Of a DNA stretch of 37,125 nt, positions 11,680-23,430 are shown one piece after another (position 1 is the first letter of the stretch; each line of letters starts with the position of its first letter). The DNA comes from Bigelowiella natans CCMP2755 (Eukaryota > Protista > Cercozoa). A program made the position numbers and the translations under genes. Under the pieces are notes generated by a model, which was not told where the DNA came from, searched no databases, and saw only the letters and a list, made by a program, of their open reading frames with translations. The stretch lies in NCBI GenBank assembly GCA_000320545.1, contig ADNK01001090.1:1-37125 (forward strand). Direction: 5' to 3'.

Positions 11680-11747
11680 TAAGTTCCGGAACTTACAAAT
11701 CAGTCATCGTAACTTACGGTAATTTACGTAAGTTACGTAACTTACTG
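11680..11747. repeat. Palindromic subterminal repeat array / probable transposon end
   Basis: Perfect palindromes taagttccggaactta (11680-11695) and gtaagttacgtaacttac (11728-11745), plus cgtaacttacg and gtaatttac between them. Confidence 0.8.
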
Positions 11748-14204
11748 TCGGGCGTAAGATACCATTCCAAGGTACATGTATAGTGGCATCACAAACCGCT
11801 GCAATTTCTTTGCTAAAGGCAACGATTCGAGGCCGTACGACAAGTCATTTCTGTTTCATCTCGAACGGATTATCATACGGTAGAAAAAGTGGGTATCCAT
11901 CCACTTTCCACTCGGGCTTAAGGCGATTTTCTGCAATTTTGCACTAAACCTTTGTGATTTCCAAAGATATGCCCTGAATTCACACCCAAAATCTTGGAGT
12001 ACCCAACCTTTTGGATAAAAAGCTTACGATGTCCCGCATCTCTTGGAAGGGAAGAATCGCAACATCCAAAAGTCCAGCGCCCTCCGTGCATTCTTACGAA
12101 GAAGTAACATGATTTCAAGACCCGTGAAGTGAGTTCAAGCTAAGCGATTCCTTGCTAGCACCTTGGGAGTCTACTTATTTAATGAGATCCAAACAAAGAT
12201 ATGCTCTTCTAACAAGTTCTTCTTTCAGCGGAATCATCGCCGTGGCTATGGCCATGCTGTTTATACTTGCAATCTCCGCCATCATCTCCTCGAAAAAAAG
12301 AATTAATCGAGTTACACCTTATACTGGCTCAGGAATCAGGTAGATTCTTTCTTCCAACGCAATAGTTGCACCCTTGCTTGAAAGGTTTTCGAGCGTGGTC
12401 AATATTGGTTTTGTGTTCACAAGCAGACTTCGAAACGGTCGCATTCTTCGGCATCCAGTACACTGCAAGACCACAGCTCCAAAACTTCAAGCATGTCTGA
12501 TGGAGTAGGCGCTGAAATTCAGTTCCTAAAGGGGCTACGCGAAAAGACAGTTCCAAGTATTGCAATATCGAAGATACCATTTGACCCATCTTGTCTAGTG
12601 CAAACTTCCGGGCGAATAATGTTGCTTCTCCTTGATCCTCCCCAAATTTCAGAGGTGAAGGTTCTTAAAAATCCGACTGATGATTCCAGCGTCGCCATCT
12701 TCAGATTCCGAAAGTACATTGACAAAAGCTACACAAGTGCTAATTTATGGGGATTATGACATGTCCATTGATCCATAGGCCCAGTTTCTACAATGTGGTT
12801 GACTTGGAGCAAGAAGTAATATGAAACCATATTTATTCAAGGACCATTAAACTTCGTCGTGAGAGCACATATATAGACACATGAATTACGAGGAGGAACG
12901 CTTTTATGAACAGTTCCTTGTCCGAAAACATGTCGCAGGTCGACGGAATGAGCATGGTTGATATGGAGGGCACAATCACGGCCACAGAAGTGGTATAGTT
13001 TGTACTCTTTTTCCTTTCCTAAATAAGGATTTGTCTTTTAAATGTTTGCATTCTACAAGCCTACTGATTTGATTGTCGCTTGCAAATGGATTCTAGACAG
13101 CTCATTTCTCAGAAAGTGGAGTCCCAGAGACCATCGAGGCAAAGTAGGGTTATACTTCTTACTTACAGGATGTATTCGGTTACTTTTATACGAATAGGTA
13201 CAAAATGAAGAACGATGAAGAGTGGGATCGGTTAAATTTTCCATTTTATAACTGTTCACAGACGGGTTTGATCACATTTATTTGATTCTGAAATATACTC
13301 TAGATTCATGAGATTCATGGAACGTTATGCCCAGTCTCATGGATTATCGTTCGTTCCATCCCCAACAAAGATACTGTGTGTAGACAGCAAACACCGCAAG
13401 AAAATACTTTTCTTCATACTACTCTTTCGCGCTTTGTATTCTCCACTAACGATGGCCTTATTTTTTGAAGATACGACATGCTCGCATCTGAAGCTGAGGA
13501 GGCAGCCCTTGACCCAAAGGACTGGTAGTGGTAATTACAAACAGGAATGCATCACTCAAGACTATGCACTTTTATACAATTTATTAAGACACAACGTTTA
13601 TGTATTTACATGGTATATGAGTTCACACATCATAAAATTAGTCTAGCTGCGGTGCTGGCATGTTATTGAGGCGACGCCGTGTCGATTTTGAAATACATTT
13701 ACTTACTAAATCGTTCGTCGTCGCATGAATGCCAAACACGCCCCATGAAGCAGCAGAGAGATAAAAAATTCTAACTGCTCGTCGCCGATGTGTACCCTAT
13801 GCAGCAGACACCCGCTAGCGTGGTTTTCCCTAAAATGTTTGAATGCCTCGCCGCAAATTGCCGCACACACCGTCCAGATTCTGTCACAACGTAGCACGTG
13901 GCATGCAAGTGCAATGAGTGGATGAGCGCCGACAGCAACAAAGACATGGCCGGAGTGCATGCCCACAGCCATGCATGCACAATGCGGCATTGTTGCAAGC
14001 GTCAACTAACATGCTAGCTAGACAGTTGCACGTAGCGTCCTTGAAGCCAAGTGATGAGTTCACTCATGTGTGAACATGCATTCATGCGAACGCACTTGCT
14101 GGTGTTCCAAATGATGAATGACAACGCCACACTGCCACATGCACATGCTGGACATGCATCAATCGCACGTGGTTGGAAGATGCCTCAAATCGAACCGCTA
14201 CGTC

Positions 14205-14256
14205 TATGTGTGCATGTACATGTGTGTACGTACATGTGTACATATACATATGTGTA
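14205..14256. repeat. Degenerate alternating pyrimidine-purine array (26 units of TA/TG/CA/CG), probably a former (TA)n microsatellite
   Basis: ta tg tg tg ca tg ta ca tg tg tg ta cg ta ca tg tg ta ca ta ta ca ta tg tg ta. Confidence 0.7.
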
Positions 14257-14789
14257 GACGTGCGCTGACTGGCGGGGGTGTTTGATGACCACCGCTATGC
14301 CTTCGAGCACGCTAGCACGTAGTGCACACAGGTACTCCCACTCCTGCTGCAGGAGGGGTTGAGAGAGATAGCAAAGCAATTTAACAGTAGCCAACCTTGT
14401 GATGTCTTCGATTGTACTAAATGATAAATTTGTGTGCGGCAGCAACACATGGGATCGAGAAGACATCCCACACATAATTCGCATCACATGTGCAGCCATC
14501 TTCGATCAGCTATCTTTTAGTCCACGTTTCGTTTCATCATGCGCTTGACGCTCTTGACGGGGACTGATTTTGCTATGTGCGATGCAGCCGCTGCGTACTT
14601 CGATCCTGAGCTCTTGGTGGATTGCAGGTTGGTCATCCATTGTTTCGTGTAGAAGTAACCGATACACAGAATGCTAGCTACAACCTAACGAAAGTATTGA
14701 TAATTGCATTATGAGATTGAATGTAACCGGTGTCGTCGTTTTAATCTTTGTTATCATCATCATTATTATCGTCAGCACATCCACTCTAG

Positions 14790-15241
14790 TCAAATAATAT
14801 GGTCATCGATGTGTGGCACTACCGTCGCGGTGAAGAGGGCTATTCCTATAACGACGTGGAGACGATGTGTCTTGCTGCTGTATCCCAGCATGTTTTTTTT
14901 CTTGGATTTTGTGAATGTCCTACAAAAGTGAAAATATGCTTGGTGAGGGCAATTCATGCACGAAGGAGCGTTGTAATTCACCACGTTTTTTGTGCTCCTA
15001 CTACAATTAATTAAGATACTGCGACTACTACTTGGCATCTGGAAGCTCTTGCAGCTCCTGGTACCCTCTTCTACCGCTGTGACTATCAGTGCCTGTTTTC
15101 TTCGTCCTTTTAAGCTGCACTTTCTCTTCAACTTCCTCGATAATGTTGTCGGGTTCTTGAACAAGCTCCTTGAACTGACGGCGTCCCAACAAATATTTCG
15201 TCTTTAAGATGTGGCGGTGGTGGTTTTTCGATGGATCCAAA

Positions 15242-15289
<48 letters not shown>

Positions 15290-16859
15290 TAAAAAAAAAA
15301 AGGGAGGTATTTATAAATAATCGTTACGATATCTTTCTCGGGTGCGTCGCCCATTGTGAACACCACGGATTCTTCGGTAACCTGCAATTACAACAAATCG
15401 CATGGTGGAACAAGGGCAGGCAACAGCAGACAGAAAGAGGAGAGAGAAAATAGCAGAATACAGCAGCAGCATCGTGGATGTGATTGTGTTTATTGCAAAT
15501 TTTGGATTAGGCGTTCAAGGCAACCGCAAAGGTCGAGTTCCTTCCCCCCGCCTACATACACATACAAAAAAACATCAGAAGGTTGTGTGACCAATGCCGA
15601 ACGATTTCATTTTGAACAAAAATAGAATTTAACAAGCGGCACTGACGAGGAACATATGTGTCCCACCTCAATGAGAAAGACGTGGCCCACAAAGCTGTTC
15701 ATTGTAGCGTCTTCATCGACTGCTATGGTAGTCTGAGAGGGGTTGGTGAGACATAGAGGAGGATGAGAATCTAGTGGTCATGTGAGGAAGACCAGGAAAC
15801 CATCTAAACGTTGCAGAAGCATCACCTGTAGAATCGGCTCCTTGGTGACAGCATGAACCCAGAACACCGATATATTGAATCCTGACCTATTTATAATCTT
15901 TGCATTGGCTTTATCCGACAGAGTTTGCCACGCCCAGCTGATGATAACAAACATGTGATTTCAAGCATGGGATTATCGCAAACATTCTACCGAAATTTAC
16001 TCGGGACGACAACTTCCAATCGCGTAATACAGCTGCTATATTTAGTACTAAAACTAGATAATAGATGGCTGCATGAACAGTGCCAGAGCACTTACTCTTG
16101 GACGTCGGCTGCGGAGAGACCCACGCGCAGCTGGTACAGTTTTTGTGTGATGGCCTCATCAATCGAAAGCCACCTGATACCATGAAGAGGAAGGCAGTGA
16201 AGATGAACGCCTTCCTTTCTTCTTCTCCCTCCCCATCCCCGCCCAATGATACCTTGGAAACAGGACAGCATTTATGCAATTTGAAGGATCCAGGTCTAGT
16301 CTCTTTCCTAGATCAGATGTGACTTTTGCATGCGGGAAAGTTCTGTGGGCGTAACATCAGCGAGAGGCATCTTCAGATGCAATGTCTACGGCTCAAGACT
16401 ATCGAAAAAGAGATAGCAAAGAAGATATAGCTAGGAGACAGCTAGTAGAAGTAAAAGCGAAAAATATCGCCATAAATAGGACAACCGTATTCTCTTCCTC
16501 AGAGTTTCCAAGTTTTTGTTGACAGTGCCCGTAATTTGCGGTGTCTCGCAGTCCCAAATGAAAATTAGGGAATGCTTGTCCAGCACCTTGTCCATTCGAA
16601 CCACGCGCTTGAAAATCTACATCGGTGCCAATGGTAAATAGTCATATTCATAATTCACACATCGGAGATGATACTATCGCATGCCCGCAGTCGAAACACC
16701 ACCATCAACGCATTCCAAAACCTTGCCGGCCTGAATCCTAGTGCGAGCTGCCAGAGCCGTGCGGGGAACCAAGCAGACAGCGATGCTTAAAGAAAGAACA
16801 AGCAAACGAAGGGATCCCAGCCTCCTCCCCAGGGAAAATGGAATAATCAGTTTGTCCAT
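14790..16859 (-). CDS. Multi-exon secreted/targeted protein with a VHL beta-domain-like module
   Basis: N-terminal hydrophobic signal (LRLLVLSLSIAVCLVPRTALA). Spliced exons WLSIDEAITQKLYQLRVGLSAADVQD|WAWQTLSDKANAKIINRSGFNISVFWVHAVTKEPILQ|TTIAVDEDATMNSFVGHVFLIE match the VHL-beta pattern (N-x-S...V-x-W-V...N-S/T-F/Y-x-G-H-x-F/W). The 3' exons are tentative. Confidence 0.55.
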
Positions 16860-18256
16860 GCCGAGGAGCAGTTACTCGCGCATTGGAGTGGTGAACTGAG
16901 TTTGGGAGCGCAGACAGACAGACAGACAGACGTCTGTCTTTCTTTCTTTCTTTCTTTCTTTCCACGAGAAGCAGCAAGAAGTTGTCGGTTGTTGCTGGAA
17001 GGTCGTTGTCTTCATGGAGCAATTCCCACCCAATTTTGCCCAAAATGATGTGTGCGTTGATGACAGTATGACAGTCAAGATTTGTTGAGCAGCAGCATGC
17101 CAATTCTTCGTGCGACATCACCTGGTTGATGTCTCTCTAGTTTGCAACGTCGCTGGCCCTTGCAATTTTCAGCACACGCCGACACGCCGCTCATGCCCCA
17201 CATTTTGTTTCCCTGCTGTCGGCAGCAGCAAAAATTGCGAAAATGCGAAACGTGAAAGTTTGCCCACTGACGACCCACTGCTGAAGCAAATTGCTAGAGC
17301 GACATGGTGAAAGTCCTGGGCACGTCACACGTCTCTTGTGTGCTTGGTGGTCGCAGACTGATTGTGTCACACCTCTTCGCTTCAATTTGGTTTCACCTTG
17401 TCTTGATCCCGTTCGTTTCGACTGACACCCTTTTCGTTTTCTTCATTTTCATTCGTGCGCACCGCACCAATCAACGCTTGCGTTCGTCCTTTTGGAGATC
17501 ACTGGCTGAGCACTTGTTTGTGCGCACGTGACATTCGCCGTGATGGTGTGACAATGCACACAACAACATCACGTGCACCACACGTGTGTCACGTTGCGCA
17601 TTGTCTGCAATGAACATTGCTGGCCAGCTGGATCGATCTCCTTGTGGTGTTGCAGCAAAAACAGCGGCCAGTCTAGCAGTGGAGTGGTCATTGGTCGAAT
17701 CTGTGTTCAATTTTGGCCCAATTTTGCCAATGAAGACTGAGAGACGAACCAGCTGCAAGGTTCACTGCTCGGATGGACAAAAGCGCACAGCGCGGTCGAG
17801 GCGACTGCTAGACTGACTGAGAATTGACCACATGCCCGATCCAGTCCGGGACGTGTTTGCCGTTTCAGCCCCTTCAGCACGTCATTTGGTGCAGTGCACT
17901 CGATCTCGCCTCACATGTGCACTCTCCTCCCTCTCATTGCAATGTTGTCACATCATTTGCATTTGCACACACATGTACACTCGCACACACGCACTTCTAG
18001 AATGGAAACCAAAAATGCCAAAAGTCAAATATGTGCACAGACTGCACTTGCACAAAATATGGTCAAAATTGCATTTTAAGTCAATACTAATGGTAAAGTA
18101 AGTTTACATCATTACAGGGCGCATTGGCCAGGTTTCTGAGGAAGCATTATTTTCACTTCCTATTTTCTACAGTAGTCTAATGCTTGGTATTCGCCCTAAA
18201 TTTACTATGCATCCCATTTTTGGTAATTAAGGCTGATTTCGCAGTTATCACGAGAT

Positions 18257-19301
18257 TTATTTACCTAGCACCCAGGGGTGATTCTCAATTTGTTCTAGAG
18301 TTGGACGGGAAGTGGGCTCATGATTTAGCAATTTAGCAATTAAATCGATCGCAGCATCCGAGGGTGTTCTTTCGTTGGATGATGTGTACCCATATGCAGT
18401 AACTAATTGTTTCACTCCTTTAAGACCAGATGTCGCGTACCTCAATGCCACCTTACCATTTTGACTCTCTAGATCGTACAGGGGATGTCCACAAAGGATT
18501 GTGAACAGCATACTTCCAAGAGAATAACAATCAGCCTTGAAGGGTTCAAATGGCCTATCATCGAGGATCTCAGGTGCAGCATAATTTAATTTTCCAGTCA
18601 AAATATTCTTTAGCCTTTCTCCTTGCTTTGACTCTCGTGCGGCACCGAAGTCACAAAGTCGCAGCTCTGATGTGTCGGAATTGATTAGGACATTCTCCAG
18701 AGACAAATCGAGATGCGCGATTCCATTAGAATGAAGAAATTTCACAGCTTGGAGAATCTTCTGAAAAGTTGTACGAGCATCAGTCTCCGAGAATCCTCCC
18801 CTCTCGTGGACCATCTTAAATAAGTCTCTGGGAACAAATTGTAAAGCAATCTGGATTTGCTTTTCATCCTCTGATGACTCCAGCAGTTCGACAATATTAT
18901 TGTGACCTCCAATTTCTTGTATTTTCCTGTAAAGTTATTTATATTAGGTAGAATTCTTTGATTAGTGTGGGGGGGATATCTCATGATTAAAATTACCTCA
19001 ACAATTTGGCTTCGCTACCCGGGCTTTCGGTTCCGCTTACTCGAAGCTTATCGCTCGTCTTTAGAACCACTTTCCTTCTCAAGACCTGATCCTCTGCAAG
19101 AACTACTTCACCAAAAAGGGACTTATGCAAAAGCTTTCTTTTTACGTATCGATTGCTCTTGGCCGATGGAGAGGTAGCTGGGGACCTCCTTTTCTTCATC
19201 ATTCTTTTCACTCGTACGGGGCTCCAACAATCCTTCTCGCCTTTGGTGATGGGTGAGTATATAATGTCCATCGGAGTGGTGGGGTCTACAATATTTGCCA
19301 T
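18257..19301 (-). CDS. Ser/Thr protein kinase, CAMK-like
   Basis: Exons 19301-18997 and 18926-18257 (GT-AG). SLFGEV, VVLK, HNNIVELL, HLDLSLEN catalytic loop, DFG, GKLNYAAPE, DCYSLG, RPTLEQIENHPW. Confidence 0.93.
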
Positions 19302-20565
19302 AGATTCTTCTATATTTCTTCCTAGTGGGAGAGACGTCGAACTGGTGTGCTTCGGTGTTTCGATTCTGAGTGGGGTTGGATGTTTTTTCTTTGGATTCTG
19401 GTGTGAGGCGTCCTTTCGAAGAAGAACACTAAATGCGATTTATCTATGAATTCCAATAGCCGATGATAATTAATTCCAAAATTGCCTTGGTTTCGTCTTC
19501 GTCTACCTGCTATATCAGACCTTAGCCCTGTAGCCCTTTTAGGGTTCGTTACGAAGAGTTCGGATGCAAATAAGTTGTCGTATTTCATAAATGAAATGCA
19601 TTTTTTACTACAATCTTGTTCTTTTCTTTTCCAACTTTCAGGATAGTTCCGACTACCACATCTGCAAGTTGGTCAGGTACTCCAAGTTCGACTCGAAATA
19701 AATAAGCTCTTTGAAGACTATTTTATCCATACGACATGTGTAAGGTACCTACTTTATTAAAAATCTAACTATGACGCCAACTATACAGCAAATTTCAAAT
19801 CAGATTTTAGTATAAACGACGAAACTCTTCCGATTATTTCAGATTGTATTAATATGAAGCATGACGCATAGTCAAATATAATTACATTTCGAAGTTCCGA
19901 TGAAAACTCCGTAGCAAAAATTAATATGAGGATTCCTGTACTTTCGTTGCCTTCCTATTCCCGAATTTTCCGAGAAATGTTCGGGAGTCTCTGGGTGCCG
20001 ATAGGAGTCAATCAGTCAATCAGTCTCAGTCGTCATCAATCAATCGAAGAAAGGCTGGTTATGAAAGGGAATGTTCCAAGAAGGAAACCGCAGAAATATC
20101 CATCGAAGAAGTCCAGGAAGTCAGTGCTACGATTTCCGTACAGTCAAATCGCGTTATTAAATGATGTCCGGAGAGCAGGAAATATTCAATCAGTAATTCA
20201 ACTAAAAGTGGTAAACAAAAATTTATTCGAAATATTGTTGTTAGATGTTGCATGAGTCCCTGAACACATTGACAGCAAGCTATGTTAAACATGTTACGAA
20301 TTTCAGACCACCTCCATGCTTTTCAGGGATGCTTCAAAACCCCCCCCTCCGATAAATGCCCGCTCTTGCGAGTATTACCTGTTATGATCCCTCCACCGAG
20401 GTCCTCCAAGATCTCGACAAGAAACTTTATCGTAGTTTTTCTAGGTATGTACACCTTTTTACCACATGTTTTGATCGGCTAGAACTTTAAAAATTCAAAT
20501 GCACTTCCTCAGGGATTCTTTGTATTCTTGTTCCTGTACGTAAGAAAGGGCTTGGGCTGTCTGTT

Positions 20566-22186
20566 GTGGGTGAGTTGCTGCCGAAAAGACACCGGTTGAA
20601 AGCAAAAGTCCTTCAGCATAATTTAGTATCTTCAATACAAAAGAGCAAACATTGTCGAAATTCTCATTCCATCTGCGCAGAAGATCGCTACATCATCCAA
20701 TGGAAAGGAGATGGAGTCGAGGGATACACTTCCCCCTTCCGTCACATGGAGTTCCAGAATGCATTCGCAGCTTCTAGTAACAGAACTAATGCTATTAAAT
20801 TCCAGGATCTCGATGTGAATCCATCAAACGAGAAGCAATTGCTGCAATTACTGAGAATAGAGCATGCTGCTGCTGATGATGATAATGATGACGATGGCGG
20901 AACCAACTCGATAGCTTCTCGAATTTATTTGGCTGAAGCTTCTCAAAGATGTGCTAGTGTCCGATCAATTTATCACGTTCTTGCATGTGGAGACAGCTTA
21001 GAAGCTTGCGGTGATGAAGCTGCTAGTAATTTCAAGATTTCAACCTTCAGTTCTGGTTCTTGGTGTATCAGAGTGAAGAATTTAAACTCAAGCATGCGTT
21101 CACTAGAAGAGTCGACAGTTCTGAGTTCAATGTCAGGCTTCTTCCAGCTTTTAGATGGGCGTGTGGATCTTACTCATCCTCAGAACCTTTTCCACGTTTG
21201 GCAGGGCCTAAGTGGCAATGCAAATGACAAGTTATCACCATTTTTGTTAACAAGACAGATTGCTACGGGATTTGATCTGTCATTTTACAAGCCAAACACT
21301 CGCGAGTGCGTGACTTCAACACCTTTGGATCCAATTGCTGCATTCATCATGGTGAACGCGGGACGTGTGAGCAGAGATGTGCATGTTCTCGATCCATATG
21401 CTGGGAGCGGCTCCGTCCTCCTTGCTGCCTCCGCAGTGGCGCACAATGTGGTGACCATAGGGATTGATAGGGACGAAACAATTCATTTTCCTTCCATAAT
21501 TAAGGACTTCCATCATAGATCCTTAACTCCTCCCTCGGGTCTGATCAGGGGTGACTTCAGAAATGCCTCTATAAGACAACAGGTAGTTAATTGCTCGCAT
21601 CAAATGAGGAAACCAAAGAAATATATGTTCGAAATCATTTTCTGTGTTCTGTTGAAAATATGAAGGCGAAGAAAAGCGCGCTATCGGCAACACTATCGTT
21701 ATCATCCGAAAGTAGCTCCGCATTCCAAGGCTTCGACGCCATCATAACCGACCCTCCATATGGAATTCGGGAGCGGCTTGACTCGGATCCATTGCTTGAC
21801 CTCTTCCGAATCATCGCTCTTGAAAATGAGAACGACGTACGTTGCACCATGCAGACCCAACAACATAAGGGGAGATTTATTAATCGTTGTCGTGAATGAT
21901 GATGAGTATGATATTCCGCTCCTAAATTATCGGTACCTACCAAAATGCTGTCGTTTTTTTTAATGTGGGATTTTAGGTACCATTGCTCAAAATTGGTGGA
22001 CGGTTGATAGTTTTTGTTCCTCGTCTTGAAAGAAGAGGTGTTAGTGTACCGCCACAGTTGAATTCCAGTTTGCTAAAGCAAGCCGAACTGGATTTAATTG
22101 AAGCTATTCGACAGCCCCTAGAATCCCCAGGGCTATGTAGATGGTTAATGATATTCCAGCGTCGTCGACAAAGCCGCGACCAGTAA
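20566..22186 (+). CDS. TRM11-like SAM-dependent RNA amino-methyltransferase (tRNA m2G10-type); 5' end uncertain
   Basis: THUMP-like region (WCIRVK...GRVDLTHP), TSTPLDPIAAFIMVNAG, motif I VLDPYAGSGSVLLAA, motif IV FDAIITDPPYGIRE, LLKIGGRLIVFVP in the last exon. Confidence 0.8.
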
Positions 22187-22194
22187 GCACAGCG

Positions 22195-22284
22195 CATAGA
22201 TGAAGTAGAAAAGCTATAGTCCATCACTAGTTTAGAAATCATAGATGAAGTAAGAAAGCTATAGTCCATCACTAGTTTAGAAAT
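22195..22284. repeat. 45-bp tandem duplication just after the methyltransferase stop
   Basis: catagatgaagtagaaaagctatagtccatcactagtttagaaat repeated, with agaa/aaga difference. Confidence 0.9.
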
Positions 22285-22489
22285 CTTGCGTACGTACGGG
22301 TATGTTAAAGAAGTTGTCGGAGAAGCCACAAGATGCTTCAGGATATATGTCAAGTCTGGATGCGGCCATAATGACTGCTTCCAAAGTCATTCGAATAGTT
22401 GATGATGTCATCCGCCAGTGAAGCGTGTCTCAAGGGCCCCTCAAAGTGTGCGATTGTTGTGCTGTTGCTATTTGTTGCTCTTGTATCTA

Positions 22490-22590
22490 TTTAAGTGCGT
22501 GTGCATCATAATAGACAACGTGATACTTATATATTCAACATATGAGACGGATGTAATGAAATGTTTAAATTTCTTCAATGGATATTCAAA

Positions 22591-22629
<39 letters not shown>

Positions 22630-22662
22630 CACTAGACAAAGTAATATTAATATATGTATATA

Positions 22663-22700
<38 letters not shown>

Positions 22701-22778
22701 ACATCAGCGCTGTAGCCATTGCATTGCACAGCTACATCAGGATGTCTATATATATATATATATATTTCATTACATCCG

Positions 22779-22816
<38 letters not shown>

Positions 22817-23100
22817 CCATGTCTAGCCGACAAGATTGCAATGCTTTCACATGCATGCAACATGTGACACAAGAAACAAACAGATACAACTTAAGCGCTG
22901 TAACCGCTGCTCTGCAAGCTGCTACATTAGCTAGGATGACGATTGAAAAAATTTAAAACATTTCATTGCATTCGTGTCATATTACTATGTCTACAATCAT
23001 CGACATGAGAGTTTCAACCATTGACACTCCATGCACAATGATGATGCACACGTGATATATGGCTACATTGATATATACTTTGTCTATTGTCATTTGTGTA
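22490..23100. mobile_element. Fold-back/MITE-like non-autonomous repeat with internal (TA)n arrays
   Basis: Perfect 23-bp inverted repeat 22540-22562 / 22764-22786. A longer, diverged inverted copy of 22540-22579 lies at 22942-22982. Duplicated gcgctgta...gctacat...ggatg block near 22707 and 22895. Confidence 0.5.
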
Positions 23101-23221
23101 GCGTCTTGCATGATGTGATGCATGAAACACTTCAGAGACTCATGCATGCGCAAAAAAAATAAAAATGGCTCTGAACAATGCTTTGAGATATCCGACTTTG
23201 TGTGTATACGTACGTACGTAT

Positions 23222-23407
23222 AGAGACTATGTAGTCTCTTTATGTGTATGTTTCAACTTATACAGCACATAAGTGGTAGCGCTACTGTGTTGTTTCGCGT
23301 ACACGCGTATAGAGACTAAGTAGTAGTCTCTTAATACATACGACTAGTCAATATGGCATTCCTACAGAGACTAGAGATTTCTTTAGAGAGCTTTAGTGTC
23401 TCTATAG
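23222..23407. repeat. Three AGAGACTA...TAGTCTCT hairpin-type units downstream of the EEFSEC stop
   Basis: agagacta-tg-tagtctct (23222-23239), agagacta-agtag-tagtctct (23311-23331), degenerate third unit 23366-23407. Confidence 0.75.
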
Positions 23408-23430
23408 TTGTTTCTGTGCTAAAATGAACT

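Larger units (their letters stand above)
8175..11747 (-). mobile_element. hAT DNA transposon; right end near 11747, left end not identified
   Basis: Transposase plus a subterminal array of GTAACTTAC/GTAAGTTAC motifs ending ...gtaacttactg (5'-CAGTAAGTTACG on the - strand, a hAT-like CAG start). No matching left TIR or 8-bp TSD found, so the left boundary is a guess. Confidence 0.55.

Noticed and set aside
11680-11747. CRISPR-like palindromic repeats
   Set aside because: No regular repeat-spacer period, eukaryotic context, adjacent to a hAT transposase.
11800-13300. Coding-like segments on the - strand (e.g. ECTEGAGLLDVAILPFQEMRDIVSFLSK)
   Set aside because: Could not assemble a consistent exon chain or recognise a family.
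20566-22186. DPPY methyltransferase as a DNA adenine methylase driving the TA signature
   Set aside because: THUMP-like region plus DPYAGSGS and TDPPYGIRE fit the TRM11 tRNA methyltransferase family; nothing links it to the patches beyond proximity.
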